Of a DNA stretch of 64,000 bases, positions 11,849 through 23,353 are shown piece by piece. The first letter of the stretch is position 1. Every line of letters begins with the position of its first letter. The notes below the pieces were generated by a model. That model did not search any database, was not told where the DNA came from, and worked only from the letters and a program-made list of their open reading frames with translations. The position numbers and the translations under genes are program-made. Origin of the DNA: Macrostomum hystrix (lineage: Eukaryota > Animalia > Platyhelminthes); the NCBI GenBank assembly GCA_950097015.1, contig CATNEN010000008.1, positions 3,410,001 through 3,474,000 on the forward strand, written 5' to 3'.

Positions 11849-13806
11849 GGTAAGCTTTGAAGCACGGGGACAGGGTAAGCTTTGAAGCACGGGGACAGGG
11901 TAAGCTTTGAAGGATGGGGACAGGGTAAGCTTTGAAGGATGGGGACAGGATAGCTTTGAAGCACGGGGACAGGGTAAGCTTTGAAGCATGGGGACAGGGT
12001 AAGCTTTGAAGGATGGGGACAGGATAGCTTTGAAGCACGGGGACAGGGTAAGCTTTGAAGCATGGGGACAGGGTAAGCTTTGAAGGATGGGGACAGGATA
12101 GCTTTGAAGCACGGGGACAGGGTAAGCTTTGAAGCATGGGGACAGGGTAAGCTTTGAAGGATGGGGACAGGGTAAGCTTTGAAGCATGGGGACAGGGTAA
12201 GCTTTGAAGCATGGGGACAGGGTAAGCTTTGAAGGGTGGGGACAGGGTAAGCTTTGAAGCACGGGGACAGGGTAAGCTTTGAAGGATGGGGACAGGGTAA
12301 GCTTTGAAGGATGGGGACAGGGTAAGCTTTGAAGGATGGGGACAGGGTAAGCTTTGAAGCATGGGGACAGGGTAAGCTTTGAAGCATGGGGACAGGGTAA
12401 GCTTTGAAGGGTGGGGACAGGGTAAGCTTTGAAGCACGGGGACAGGGTAAGCTTTGAAGCATGGGGACAGGGTAAGCTTTGAAGGGTGGGGACAGGGTAA
12501 GTTTTGAAGCACGGGGACAGGGTAAGCTTTGAAGCATGGGGACAGGGTAAGCTTTGAAGGGTGGGGACAGGGTAAGCTTTGAAGGATGGGGACAGGATAG
12601 CTTTGAAGGATGGGGACATCATAAGCTTTGAAGGATGGGGACATCATAAGCTTTGAAGGATGGGGACAGGATAGCTTTGAAGGATGGGGACATCATAAGC
12701 TTTGAAGGATGGGGACATCATAAGCTTTGAAGGATGGGGACAGGATAGCTTTGAAGGATGGGGACATCATAAGCTTTGAAGGATGGGGACATCATACGCT
12801 TTGAAGGATGGGGACAGGATAGCTTTGAAGGATGGGGACATCATAAGCTTTGAAGGATGGGGACATCATACGCTTTGAAGGATGGGGACAGGATAGCTTT
12901 GAAGGATGGGGACATCATAAGCTTTGAAGGATGGGGACATCATAAGCTTTGAAGGATGGGGACAGGATAGCTTTGAAGGATGGGGACATCATAAGCTTTG
13001 AAGGATGGGGACATCATAAGCTTTGAAGGATGGGGACATCATAAGCTTTGAAGGATGGGGACAGGATAGCTTTGAAGGATGGGGACATCATAAGCTTTGA
13101 AGGATGGGGACATCATAAGCTTTGAAGGATGGGGACATCATAAGCTTTGAAGGATGGGGACATCATAAGCTTTGAAGGATGGGGACATCATAAGCTTTGA
13201 AGGATGGGGACAGGATAAGCTTTGAAGGATGGGGACATCATTAGCTTTGAAGGATGGGGACATCGTAAGCTTTGAAGGATGGGGACAGGATAGCTTTGAA
13301 GGATGGGGACATCATAAGCTTTGAAGGATGGGGACATCATAAGCTTTGAAGGATGGGGACATCATAAGCTTTGAAGGATGGGGACATCATAAGCTTTGAA
13401 GGATGGGGACATCATAAGCTTTGAAGGATGGGGACATCATAAGCTTTGAAGGATGGGGACAGGATAAGCTTTGAAGGATGGGGACAGGATAGCTTTGAAG
13501 GATGGGGACAGGATAAGCTTTGAAGGATGGGGACAGGATAGCTTTGAAGGATGGGGACAGGATAGCTTTGAAGGATGGGGACAGGATAGCTTTGAAGGAT
13601 GGGGACATCATAAGCTTTGAAGGATGGGGACAGGATAGCTTTGAAGGATGGGGACATCATAAGCTTTGAAGGATGGGGACATCATAAGCTTTGAAGGATG
13701 GGGACATCATAAGCTTTGAAGGATGGGGACAGGATAGCTTTGAAGGATGGGGACATCATAAGCTTTGAAGGATGGGGACAGGATAGCTTTGAAGGATGGG
13801 GACAGG
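11849..13806. repeat. 24-25-bp minisatellite (GGGGACAGGGTAAGCTTTGAAG(C/G)A(C/T) and variants), ~78 copies
   Basis: Tandem periodicity read directly; it accounts for the repetitive minus-strand ORFs. Confidence 0.96.
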
Positions 13807-14449
13807 GGTAAAGGTAATCTGTGAAGAATTGGGGCATGGGGTATGCCATGAAAACCATGTGAAGGTTTGTCAAATGTACTAAAATATTGTACTTTTAACC
13901 CATAAACTCTCTGGACTGTTTGGCTTTTTGTATTTTGCTGCTTAATTTGGGAGTATTCTCTTTTAGACCAGGATGAAGACTTGTCAGAATGCTGAAAACC
14001 AATTGATTTTCTGCAGGCACAGGCTAGTTTTTTGGACGAATCTGCATCTGAAAAGGGCTGATTTAACATTTTCTTAATTCGTCATAAAATCGACTTTATG
14101 TGTACGAAAAGTGTTGATTCCTAACTAATTCTAGAATGCTTTGCTTGACTTAATCTAGTATCTACAGATGACATACTGGAAATCTGTGAATACTAGACAG
14201 CCGTAACGAGGGGTGGTTCAGAAAAGAATTCTCGTTCGTATTTAGGACCTATATTGTTAAAGCCAGCAGTTGAGAAATTCGTCTTACTAAAACCGCTTAT
14301 AGTCTAAATTAATCCTTGAATATGGATAGCAATTATAATGACTTTTATAATTCAGGTGCTACTCAAATTTACAGCTATAAATATCTATAGTCATGCTTTC
14401 GTTGGTCCCCCCCGCCTGTCGGTGGGCGTTACTTTAAGTCAGACTCTAG

Positions 14450-14570
14450 TATAAAAGAGCCTCATTACAAGAGCGACAGAATTGAAAACTATTGCTATAT
14501 CCGAGGAATAGCCCGGTCACGTGACCTCGAGGAAGACTGGTCAAAGGAGTCTGAATTTTAAACGGAAGGT
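14450..14570 (+). promoter_or_regulatory. Candidate MTA promoter: TATA-like TATAAAA (~14450), 12-bp palindromic E-box GGTCACGTGACC (14515-14526), ETS-like ACGGAAG (~14563)
   Basis: Motifs lie 110-230 bp upstream of the MTA ATG. Motif matches only; the TSS is unknown. Confidence 0.4.
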
Positions 14571-14679
14571 GAAATATGCATTCCTGATCAGCAACTGGAT
14601 CATCAAATATAAATTTTGCATTACATTACAGTTACATTTTGTATGAAATAACTGTTTGAAAAGATCAGAACTCATCAAA

Positions 14680-17600
14680 ATGGCTGCTAACATGTACCGC
14701 GTTGGAGGTAAGAGCCTCATTTCTTGATGTTTGTTTGCAGAACTAAAGTATATAATTAATTGTTCTGTACCATATTAAAACTGATCTATCATGTTATCAA
14801 AAAGTTTTTTTATCATTTGTGCTTATTAGGGCTATTAAATAATGAAGTATGTTACTGCTTTACTAAACAATTGCATACAAAAATACTATATTTCCTTTTT
14901 TGCGATGGGCGCGCGTAGGGAGCCTCAAAGCCTAACCCGAACCATTCTAGCCTATGCTTTTGCGCGCAAACCTCAATGCTGAGGCTGAGGGGATACACTG
15001 GCCCAATGTCAATGAAGGCACTTGCTTTATACTTTATGTTCGAATTTACACCAAGCCTAATCACAATTATTTCTGTTTATTGCTTAAAGAACACCATCGA
15101 CTTAGAGCTATTTAAAGTCAAGACTGAACAATAAGGATTTAACATGAATTCGCTATAAAGCCAAGCTAATAGTAGTAATACCAATAGCTTGTCTAGCTAT
15201 CATAGCTCCATAAGCCAGGCCTAGCTATTATAGCAGCTAGCTAGCTGGTCATAGCCTAGCTTAATTGCTAATTGTTGGAAAGCCAATCAGATTTAGACTA
15301 GTTTTTATAAATTACAAAGTACATATTGACCTGCTACTGATAGCCAGCCTAGACTAAGCCTGCCCTGCTAAACCAAGATTAGCCTATTTTAGGTTAGCTA
15401 GTATGTAGCTACATATATCTATTTAGTTGGTATATTGAATAGCTATAGCTAAAATATTTTAGCCAACTATACTAGGATTTTTAGTCTAGTTAAGCCAAGC
15501 TTAAAATTACAAACTCCCAAATTCTAAAATCTGTCATTTTAACAACCAGAACCTAACCCAGAGTCCCAGAGCACTTTATGAGATATATGTGAACCTTTGT
15601 TTACTCCATAGATTGTTTATCTAATAAGAGGTTAGTTGTAATTTTCTACTATTATTAACAAGCTATTGTTGGGATATAAAATTTGATAATAGCTAAGCCA
15701 AGCTTTACAGAAAATTAAATAGCTATAGGTGTCTTTAAAAGATTGTCTATTGCTTAAACTAGCTAGCCCTGAAAACTTTTTTATGTTAACATTTGTAGAA
15801 AAATTGGCCTAATATCATATTTAGGCAATAAGTAGCATATGCTAGGCCTAAATATTATATATTGAGACAAGCCTAACAAGTAGCAACTATCTCAAGTTGA
15901 AGTTCTAAGCTCTTCTAGAGATTCTAGAGATTATCCAAAATAGAGCTGCTTTATAAGCAACAAACAAATTTTTGCTAGGCTAGCTAGAAAGTGTCTATAT
16001 GTAAGCATATCTCATTATTCGCCATATGATGAGATTGCTTTTTACTTTGCTTGTAATGCAAAAAATAAATAGGGGGCCTATTAATAAAAATTAGTGATTG
16101 CACCTGCCCAATTAGGCTATAATGCTATGTAGCTATTGCATGGTGCATATAAGGTAAATTGTACATAGTGGATAGCTATTGCTATTCAGTCTATGGACTA
16201 CAAGGGCTGCCATACTACCCTCAATTATCCCAGCTAATGCTGCTACCCATTTAACAGCTTGAACTAAAGACATGTATAACTAAGTGCCTTTCTAATGGAC
16301 ACAATTTGTTCCAGTTGGAGATTCATGAATGCAGAGCTAGAACTGTCAGCTCACATTTTCTAGACATTTTAGTCTGGTCACATTGTTTAGGAATGTGTTT
16401 TTTAATTGAGCCCCACCCATTATCCCCTCATCAATTTGTCACTATTTCCTTCCAGATTATGTGTACTTCGAGACCTCGGCCTCGGCGCCTTATCAGATTC
16501 GGCGCATCGAAGAGCTCACAAAGACACCAACGGGCAATGTTGAGGCGAAGGTTATGTGCTTCTTTAGGCGGCGAGATATGTCCAATACACTCATTAACCA
16601 GGTGGACAAGCATCAGAGTGAGTTTGTGAAAAAATTCTGTCAATTTTATGCCTCATAGACGGGTGTAGCTTATTGTGTGATATTTGACCATTCTGTAGCG
16701 AGAGAGCCATGTCCAAGCAGCTGCAGTCGAGAGCCTCATTTTCATTTTTGTCTTCCTGTAAGATTGTCGGATTAAAAAACCATACCCTCTACACGCCCAA
16801 CGCGTCATGAACTGCGTTCTCGATTATTATCGTAGAGAGCCTCACTCTCGGTAATTTAGTTTTGGGACGGCGCAAAGTTAGACCAGTTCTCGCTCGCACT
16901 CGACAATTTCTAGTTTCTTACTATTCGGAGCCTCTCTCTACTCAAGTTATTGTTTACTTTAAGGCCTCGGTAAGAAAATTACCTCTGTTGAGTACACGGC
17001 TATGGATACAGCGAAAGCAGAGGAGTAAGATAATAAAATTAAAAAATGAACATCGGAGTTTTTTTGCTAGCCGTCTGTTGGAACCATTAACACCTTGTTA
17101 TTTGTCTATGTTAGAGCCTCATGAGGTACCCAAACTTACATATAAAATCATTGGATCTAATAAAGGCTTGATTGAACTACAAATACGCTCGTAACGAATA
17201 TTCAGGCCTCGACGATGAGCCGGCAATCGACGGCGTTGACACTGGCAAATCCGAGGACAGCTCGGGTAACAGCGGCCTCACAGAAGTACAGCGTCACCAG
17301 TTGCGCCATCGAGAGCTGTTCCTATCGCGCCAGGTTGAAACTCTGCCGGCCACTACCATTCGTGGCAAGTGTGCAGTTACCCTGCTGAATGAGACGGAGA
17401 CTCTGACCTCCTATCTGAATAGGGATGATGCTTTTTACTATACTCTGGTGTACGACGCCTCGCAAAAAATGATGCTTGCCGATCGGGGCGAAATACGCGT
17501 GGGCGGACGCTACCAGGCCGAAGTCCAAGCGTTGCTAGGCAGCGGCGAGTCTGACGGACGCAATCTTGACCAGCTGGAGGAGCTCGTGTGGCGCCCGGAT

Positions 17601-20600
17601 CACGGCCTGGCTGATGCCGATATTGAAAAGTACCTGCTGGTGGCCCGGTCTGTTGGTTGCTTGGCTCGAGCTGTAGACGCCTATAGCGCTGTGCGTCAGC
17701 CGGCACTGGCTTCCTCCGCCGCTGCCGCAAGCCGCGATGTTACGCAGGTTGGCGAAATATTACAAAAACCTAGGGGTATCTTGGGATTCGGGGCTATGGT
17801 TAGGTTCTGGTTGTAAAATTGACAGATTTTAAAATTGGGCAGTTTGTATTAAGCTTGGGAGAATTTGGGATCTTAGAGTCTTTGGACTAGAAGAATTGGG
17901 GTCCTCTGAATCTTTGGACTAGGAGAATAGGGGACCGGGGTCCTCTGAATCTTTGGACTAGGAAAATTGGGGTCCTTTGAATCTTTGGCTAGGAGAATTG
18001 GGGTCCTTTGAATCTGCACTAGAAGAATTGGGGGTCATTTTAATCTTCGGACTAGGACAATTGGGGTCCTTTGAATCTTTGGACTAGGGGAATTGGGGTC
18101 CTTTGAATATTTGGACTAGGAGAATTGGGGTCATTTAAATCTTTGGACTAGGAGAACTGGGGTCCTTTGAATCTTTGGCTAGGAGAATTGGGGTCATTTA
18201 AATCTTTGGACTAGGAGTCTAGGACAATTGGGATCCTTTGAATCTTTGGACTAGAATAATTGGGGTCCTCTGAATCTTTGGACTAGGAGAACTGGGGTCC
18301 TTTGAATCTTTGGCTAGGAGAATTGTGGTCCTTTGAATCTTTGGACTAGGAGAATTGGGGTCCTTTGAGTCTTTGGACTAGAATAATTGGGGTCCTCTGA
18401 ATCTTTGGACTAGGAGAATTGGGGTCCTTTGAATCTTTGGCTAGGAGAATTGTGGTCCTTTGAATCTTTGGACTAGGAGAATTGGGGTCCTTTGAATCTT
18501 TGGACTAGAATAATTGGGGTCCTCTGAATCTTTGGACTAGGAGAATTGGGGTCCTTTGAAACTTTGGACTAGGAGAACTGGGGTCCTTTGAATCTTTGGA
18601 CTGGGAGAATTGTGGTCCTTTGAATCTTTGGACTGGGAGAACTGGGGTCCTTTGAATCTTTGGACTGGGAGAATTGTGGTCCTTTAAATCTTTGGTCTAG
18701 GAGAACTGGGGTCCTTTGAATCTTTGGCTAGGAGAATTGGGGTCATTTGAATCTTTGGGATCTTTGGGACAATTAGGGATCTAATGAGTAGGTGAACCGA
18801 GATTTATGTAATACTGTTTGTTTGTAAAGGTTAGTTTGATGTTGGCTTGTTTATCGTGGGAACGTTTTTCTCGAATTATGTGGATGCTGGACTTTATCGG
18901 AATCTGAAGAGTTTTGGGAAGGAAGACTTTATCGCATTGAAGTGGTTTGCCATTGACTAGGAATTTTGTAATTCTTGAATAAATCAATAATTGTTCTTTG
19001 CCATCCCCTCAGGCGCACGCCTACAAGCTGCTTCACGCGTCCAAGTACGACCTCGGTCGCGCCTTCTGTCAGCTGGTGACGGATTCCGGACCCGTTCTGT
19101 GCCGCGATGAGCTGGAGGACTGGTCAGCCGGCGAGAGCGCCCTGTTCGAGGAGGCCATGGACAAATACGGCAAGGATTTCAACGACATGCGGCGCGATCA
19201 CCTGCCATGGAAGTCTATGCGATCCATTGTTGAGTATTTCTACATGTGGAAGACCACGGACAGATATGTCCAGAAGAAGCGGCTCAAGGCTTCTGAGGCG
19301 GAGCGGAAGCTCAAGCAGGTTTGTGTTGATCCTATGAAAATAAGAAACAGTCTTGCACAGGGAATCTTTAACGATCTCTATGGGATCAATTTGCCATGGC
19401 GTCCTGATCCCGCACTCCCATGCCGGCCACACCCGCAGGTGTACATCCCCAACTACACCAAGCCCAATCCGGCTGTGCTGTACAATCGGTCCGATGCCAG
19501 CCGCGGCTGCGAGAGCTGCGCAACGAGCGTCTCCGCTACCGGACAGTGGTTCTCCTGGGGCCCGCCGCACCTGGCCTGTCGCCTCTGCTCAGCCTGCTGG
19601 ACCTATTGGAAGCGCTACGGCGGACTGAAGAGCCCCACCCGATTGGAGAAGTCGGCTAGCCCTGCCCCTGCTCTTGGCGCCTCCGCTGCTTCCCCGGCTG
19701 CGGCCACTGCTGGTAGCTTCCAATGTCCGCTCTGCGACAAGGAATTCCGCCTACGTCCGCAGCTGGTGCGGCACGCTGCCGCCGCGCACAATCTGGATGA
19801 GGCCAGCCTCAGCAGTGCCATGCTGACTGCCACCGGCAAGGTGAAGGCCGTCAAGAGTCTCCTGCTGCGGGCCAACGCCACCACCCGGCTGGCCAGGCTG
19901 ATGTGCGCTGACATGCTCCGACTGCGCCATCTCGCCCGCCGGCCCTTCAACGCCAGCTTCGATGCCAAGCCGGCGCTGCTGGAGCTGCCAAAGCGCTGCC
20001 AGGCCGACGGTCGCAGCATTCAAAAGCTGCTGAACGTCGCCGCTGATTTACGCGGTCGTCGGCGCGGCCGACTGCCCTCCGGCCAGCTGGACGCCAGACT
20101 GCGCCTGGCCTGTGCCAGTCTGGACACAACTGCCCGGCCGAACATCCTGCTGGAGCCGCGCTCCAAGATTGCCCAGAATGGACCGGACAGGCGACGCAAC
20201 TTTGCCCCGGTTGAGGCAGCCAAGCTTGCCGAGTTCTTTCGCCAGTTGGACGAGCGCCGGCCTACGCCAGCCACATCGGCCCCTGCCACCGCCGTAGCAG
20301 TCCCGATAACCAACGGCTCATCGATTTCGTCGCGTAAGCGTCAACCGGATCAACTGACTGGCAGCTCGGCCTTGCATTCGGCTTCCTCCGGCGCCAAAAT
20401 CCAGCGCCTAGACAGCACGGCTGGGGACCTGGGCAACAACAATTCCAAGCAGAATCCCACTGGCAAGTCTGCCAATCAGGGACTGTCGGCTGACACTGAG
20501 ATCTACCTGTTTGACACCAAGCGGTTCAGAGCCCACCTGACTGCTGCCCAAATGCGCCGCGCCGGTCGGCGGCCTTTCAAACCGATGCCACCGCCTCCAT

Positions 20601-20701
20601 CTACTAAGAAACTCGTAGTCAACGAGGAGTCGACCGCCGCTTCGGCTCCGGTGATGCTTCATCACGCCAATGGCAATGGCGTCGCTCTGAAGTCTGCTTA
20701 A
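14680..20701 (+). CDS. MTA1: Metastasis-associated protein (MTA; BAH-ELM2-SANT-GATA zinc finger), NuRD subunit, ~766 aa. Exons 14680-14707, 16456-16617, 17206-17747, 19013-19318, 19439-20701
   Basis: N-terminus MAANMYRVG|DYVYFE matches the MTA family start. Also present: [23 protein letters not shown] (BAH), [13 protein letters not shown] (ELM2), [27 protein letters not shown] (SANT), KLKQ|[11 protein letters not shown], and [12 protein letters not shown] (GATA-type finger). Phases are consistent. Confidence 0.95.
17868..18770. repeat. ~32-bp minisatellite (GGACTAGGAGAATTGGGGTCCTTTGAATCTTT) in MTA intron 3
   Basis: Tandem periodicity read directly, with degenerate units. Confidence 0.93.
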
Positions 20702-21080
20702 AAACATTACTGGATCACTTCTCACCTCTCCTCTCATAGTGCGGGAGGCTACTTACCATCGATTCATGCGTTTTAAAGCCTAAACTAACTTGTCTTATTC
20801 CCTCCGCCAATGGCGCTCCCGTCTCCAACCGATGCACTATTGTAATCTCCCTTGTTTGTTTTATCCTCACTCTCTTGCGTATGCAACAACCTGCAGCGAC
20901 TCGTACTACAAGCTAGAACTGTCACTGGATGTGGCTACTATGACTATTAGTAGACTTGCATTTCTTTCCTAATGAGCCTATGCCCCACCAACTGTTTCCT
21001 ATGTTATACTCTGCATACTATATTGAATGTAGTTGCTTGTCAATCTCAATTTCTTTCTTCGATCCTCAACTTAAATTCCT

Positions 21081-21446
21081 CCCTGTCATCTATCCGTGTG
21101 TCTCAGCCCCCTCTCTGTCATCTATCCGTGTGTCTCAGCCCCCCAATCTCACCCCCTCTCTGTCATCTATCCGTGTGTCTCAGCCCCCCAATCTCACCCC
21201 CTCTCTGTCATCTATCCGTGTGTCTCAGCTCCCAATCTCACCCCCTCCCTGTCATCTATCCGTGTGTCTCAGCCCCCTCTGTCATCTATCCGTGTGTCTC
21301 AGCCCCCAATCTCACCCCCTCTCTGTCATCTATCCGTGTGTCTCAGCCCCCAATCTCACCCCCTCTCTGTCATCTATCCGTGTGTCTCAGCTCCCCCAAT
21401 CTCACCCCCTCTCTGTCATCTATCCGTGTGTCTCAGCCCCCAATCC
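21081..21446. repeat. ~40-bp minisatellite (CTCTGTCATCTATCCGTGTGTCTCAGCCCCCAATCTCACCCC-like), ~9 copies
   Basis: Tandem periodicity read directly. Confidence 0.9.
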
Positions 21447-21968
21447 CATATTCTCCCCTCCGTATCCGTCTGTCTCAGAGCAGGTAGTTACTTGTGCAGT
21501 TTTTTATGCAAAATACTTACTAAGGAGCACAGCACTTGCTAGTTTTTTATTTCTCCTGTACGCATCTAGTAGCTTGTTGGCTATGCCAGATTTTATAAAC
21601 CAAAGCTGTTGCGAAATTCGCGCATTCTAATAATAATATATTACTATTAGTATGTACTATGTCTATTCCAATCTAAATTTAGTCGCTCAACTTGCTCATA
21701 CAAGCTAAGTTATGACGTAAAATAAGTTAGTCCTGTCAACTTTGTGCTCTCTGTTGTCTTTTGAATTCTCGCAAAAAAATAAACTGCGTTGGCTATACGC
21801 TGTCTGTGTGTTGTGCTATTGTTCATGCCACTACGATTTAACAAAATTCAAATCTGTTTCCAGCTTTCTACATTTCGCTTGACGTCATTCTACCATTCCA
21901 CCGCTTCCTTGTTTAATGGTAGAATGGTAGAATGGAATGGCCATTCCACCCTTCGCTGTCTGATTGGC

Positions 21969-22755
21969 CAGCCATTCCACCCCTTCCCTGTCTTGTAAGC
22001 CAGCCATTCCACCCCTTCCCTGTCTTGTAAGCCAGCCATTCCGCCCCTTCCCTGTCTTGTAAGCCAGCCATTCCGCCCCTTTCCTGTCTTGTAAGCCAGC
22101 CATTCCACCCCTTCCCTGTCTTGTAAGCCAGCCATTCCACCCCTTCCCTGTCTTGTAAGCCAGCCATTCCACCCCTTCCCTGTCTTGTAAGCCAGCCATT
22201 CCACCCCTTGCCTGTCTTGAAAGCCAGCCATTCCACCCCTTCCCTGTCTTGTAAGCCAGCCATTCCGCCCCTTCCCTGTCTTGTAAGCCAGCCATTCCGC
22301 CCCTTCCCTGTCTTGTAAGCCAGCCATTCCACCCCTTCCCTGTCTTGTAAGCCAGCCATTCCACCCCTTCCCTGTCTTGTAAGCCAGCCATTCCACCCCT
22401 TCCCTGTCTTGTAAGCCAGCCATTCCGCCCCTTCCCTGTCTTGTAAGCCAGCCATTCCGCCCCTTCCCTGTCTTGTAAGCCAGCCATTCCGCCCCTTCCC
22501 TGTCTTGTAAGCCAGCCATTCCACCCCTTCCCTGTCTTGTAAGCCAGCCATTCCACCCCTTCCCTGTCTTGTAAGCCAGCCATTCCACCCCTTCCCTGTC
22601 TTGTAAGCCAGCCATTCCACCCCTTCCCTGTCTTGTAAGCCAGCCATTCCACCCCTTCCCTGTCTTGTAAGCCAGCCATTCCGCCCCTTCCCTGTCTTGT
22701 AAGCCAGCCATTCCACCCCTTCCCTGTCTTGTAAGCCAGCCATTCCACCCCTTCC
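21969..22755. repeat. 32-bp minisatellite (CAGCCATTCC(A/G)CCCCTTCCCTGTCTTGTAAGC), ~24 copies
   Basis: Tandem periodicity read directly; it generates 32-aa periodic pseudo-ORFs in three minus-strand frames. Confidence 0.96.
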
Positions 22756-23353
22756 ATGTCATATGAATTGATTCCTGTATTACTTGGGTATTACTTGTAC
22801 CGAAGTCATAGATTTTGTACAAATATAATAGAACTAGTTTTTGTTTTAAGTTAAGAGAAAAAACATATTGTTTGTCTGAATACCTTTCTATGTTAGGCAT
22901 TACATTAGGTATAGAAAAACGTTTTCTTAAATGTCGTGTTGATGATCTTATCACTGCCAGCGTGATTGAGAAAACAAGTTGCTGCTTCTAAAGGCTACCT
23001 TTAGACAAGGAAGCAAACAAAAATTATATTTTTAGTATATTAAGATCTTAGACATTTAGTATAGTAGGATAACTCTAAATTAAAGAACACGTGTAAGAGA
23101 TTATAAAATGTGTAAAGGGGTAAACTGTCCGATAGCAACAGTTTAAATACCAGGTAAACTACGAGTGTAAAGCACATAATTGCGCTTGAGTTTGTAATTC
23201 CAACATCAATTTCAAAGTGTAGCTTAGGAACGTAATGTGCAATACAATGTTCAGCATTAAAAGTCTTAAAAGTAGCTAAAACTGTCTCAAAAAGCACACG
23301 ATTCTAGAAAACGATACATACGAAATACTCGTAAATCACTTTCGCGCAACCAA

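Noticed and set aside
21885-22954. 290-354-aa periodic ORFs on the minus strand; likewise 11754-12647 and 36742-37488
   Set aside because: Artefacts of 32-, 25- and 30-bp minisatellites.
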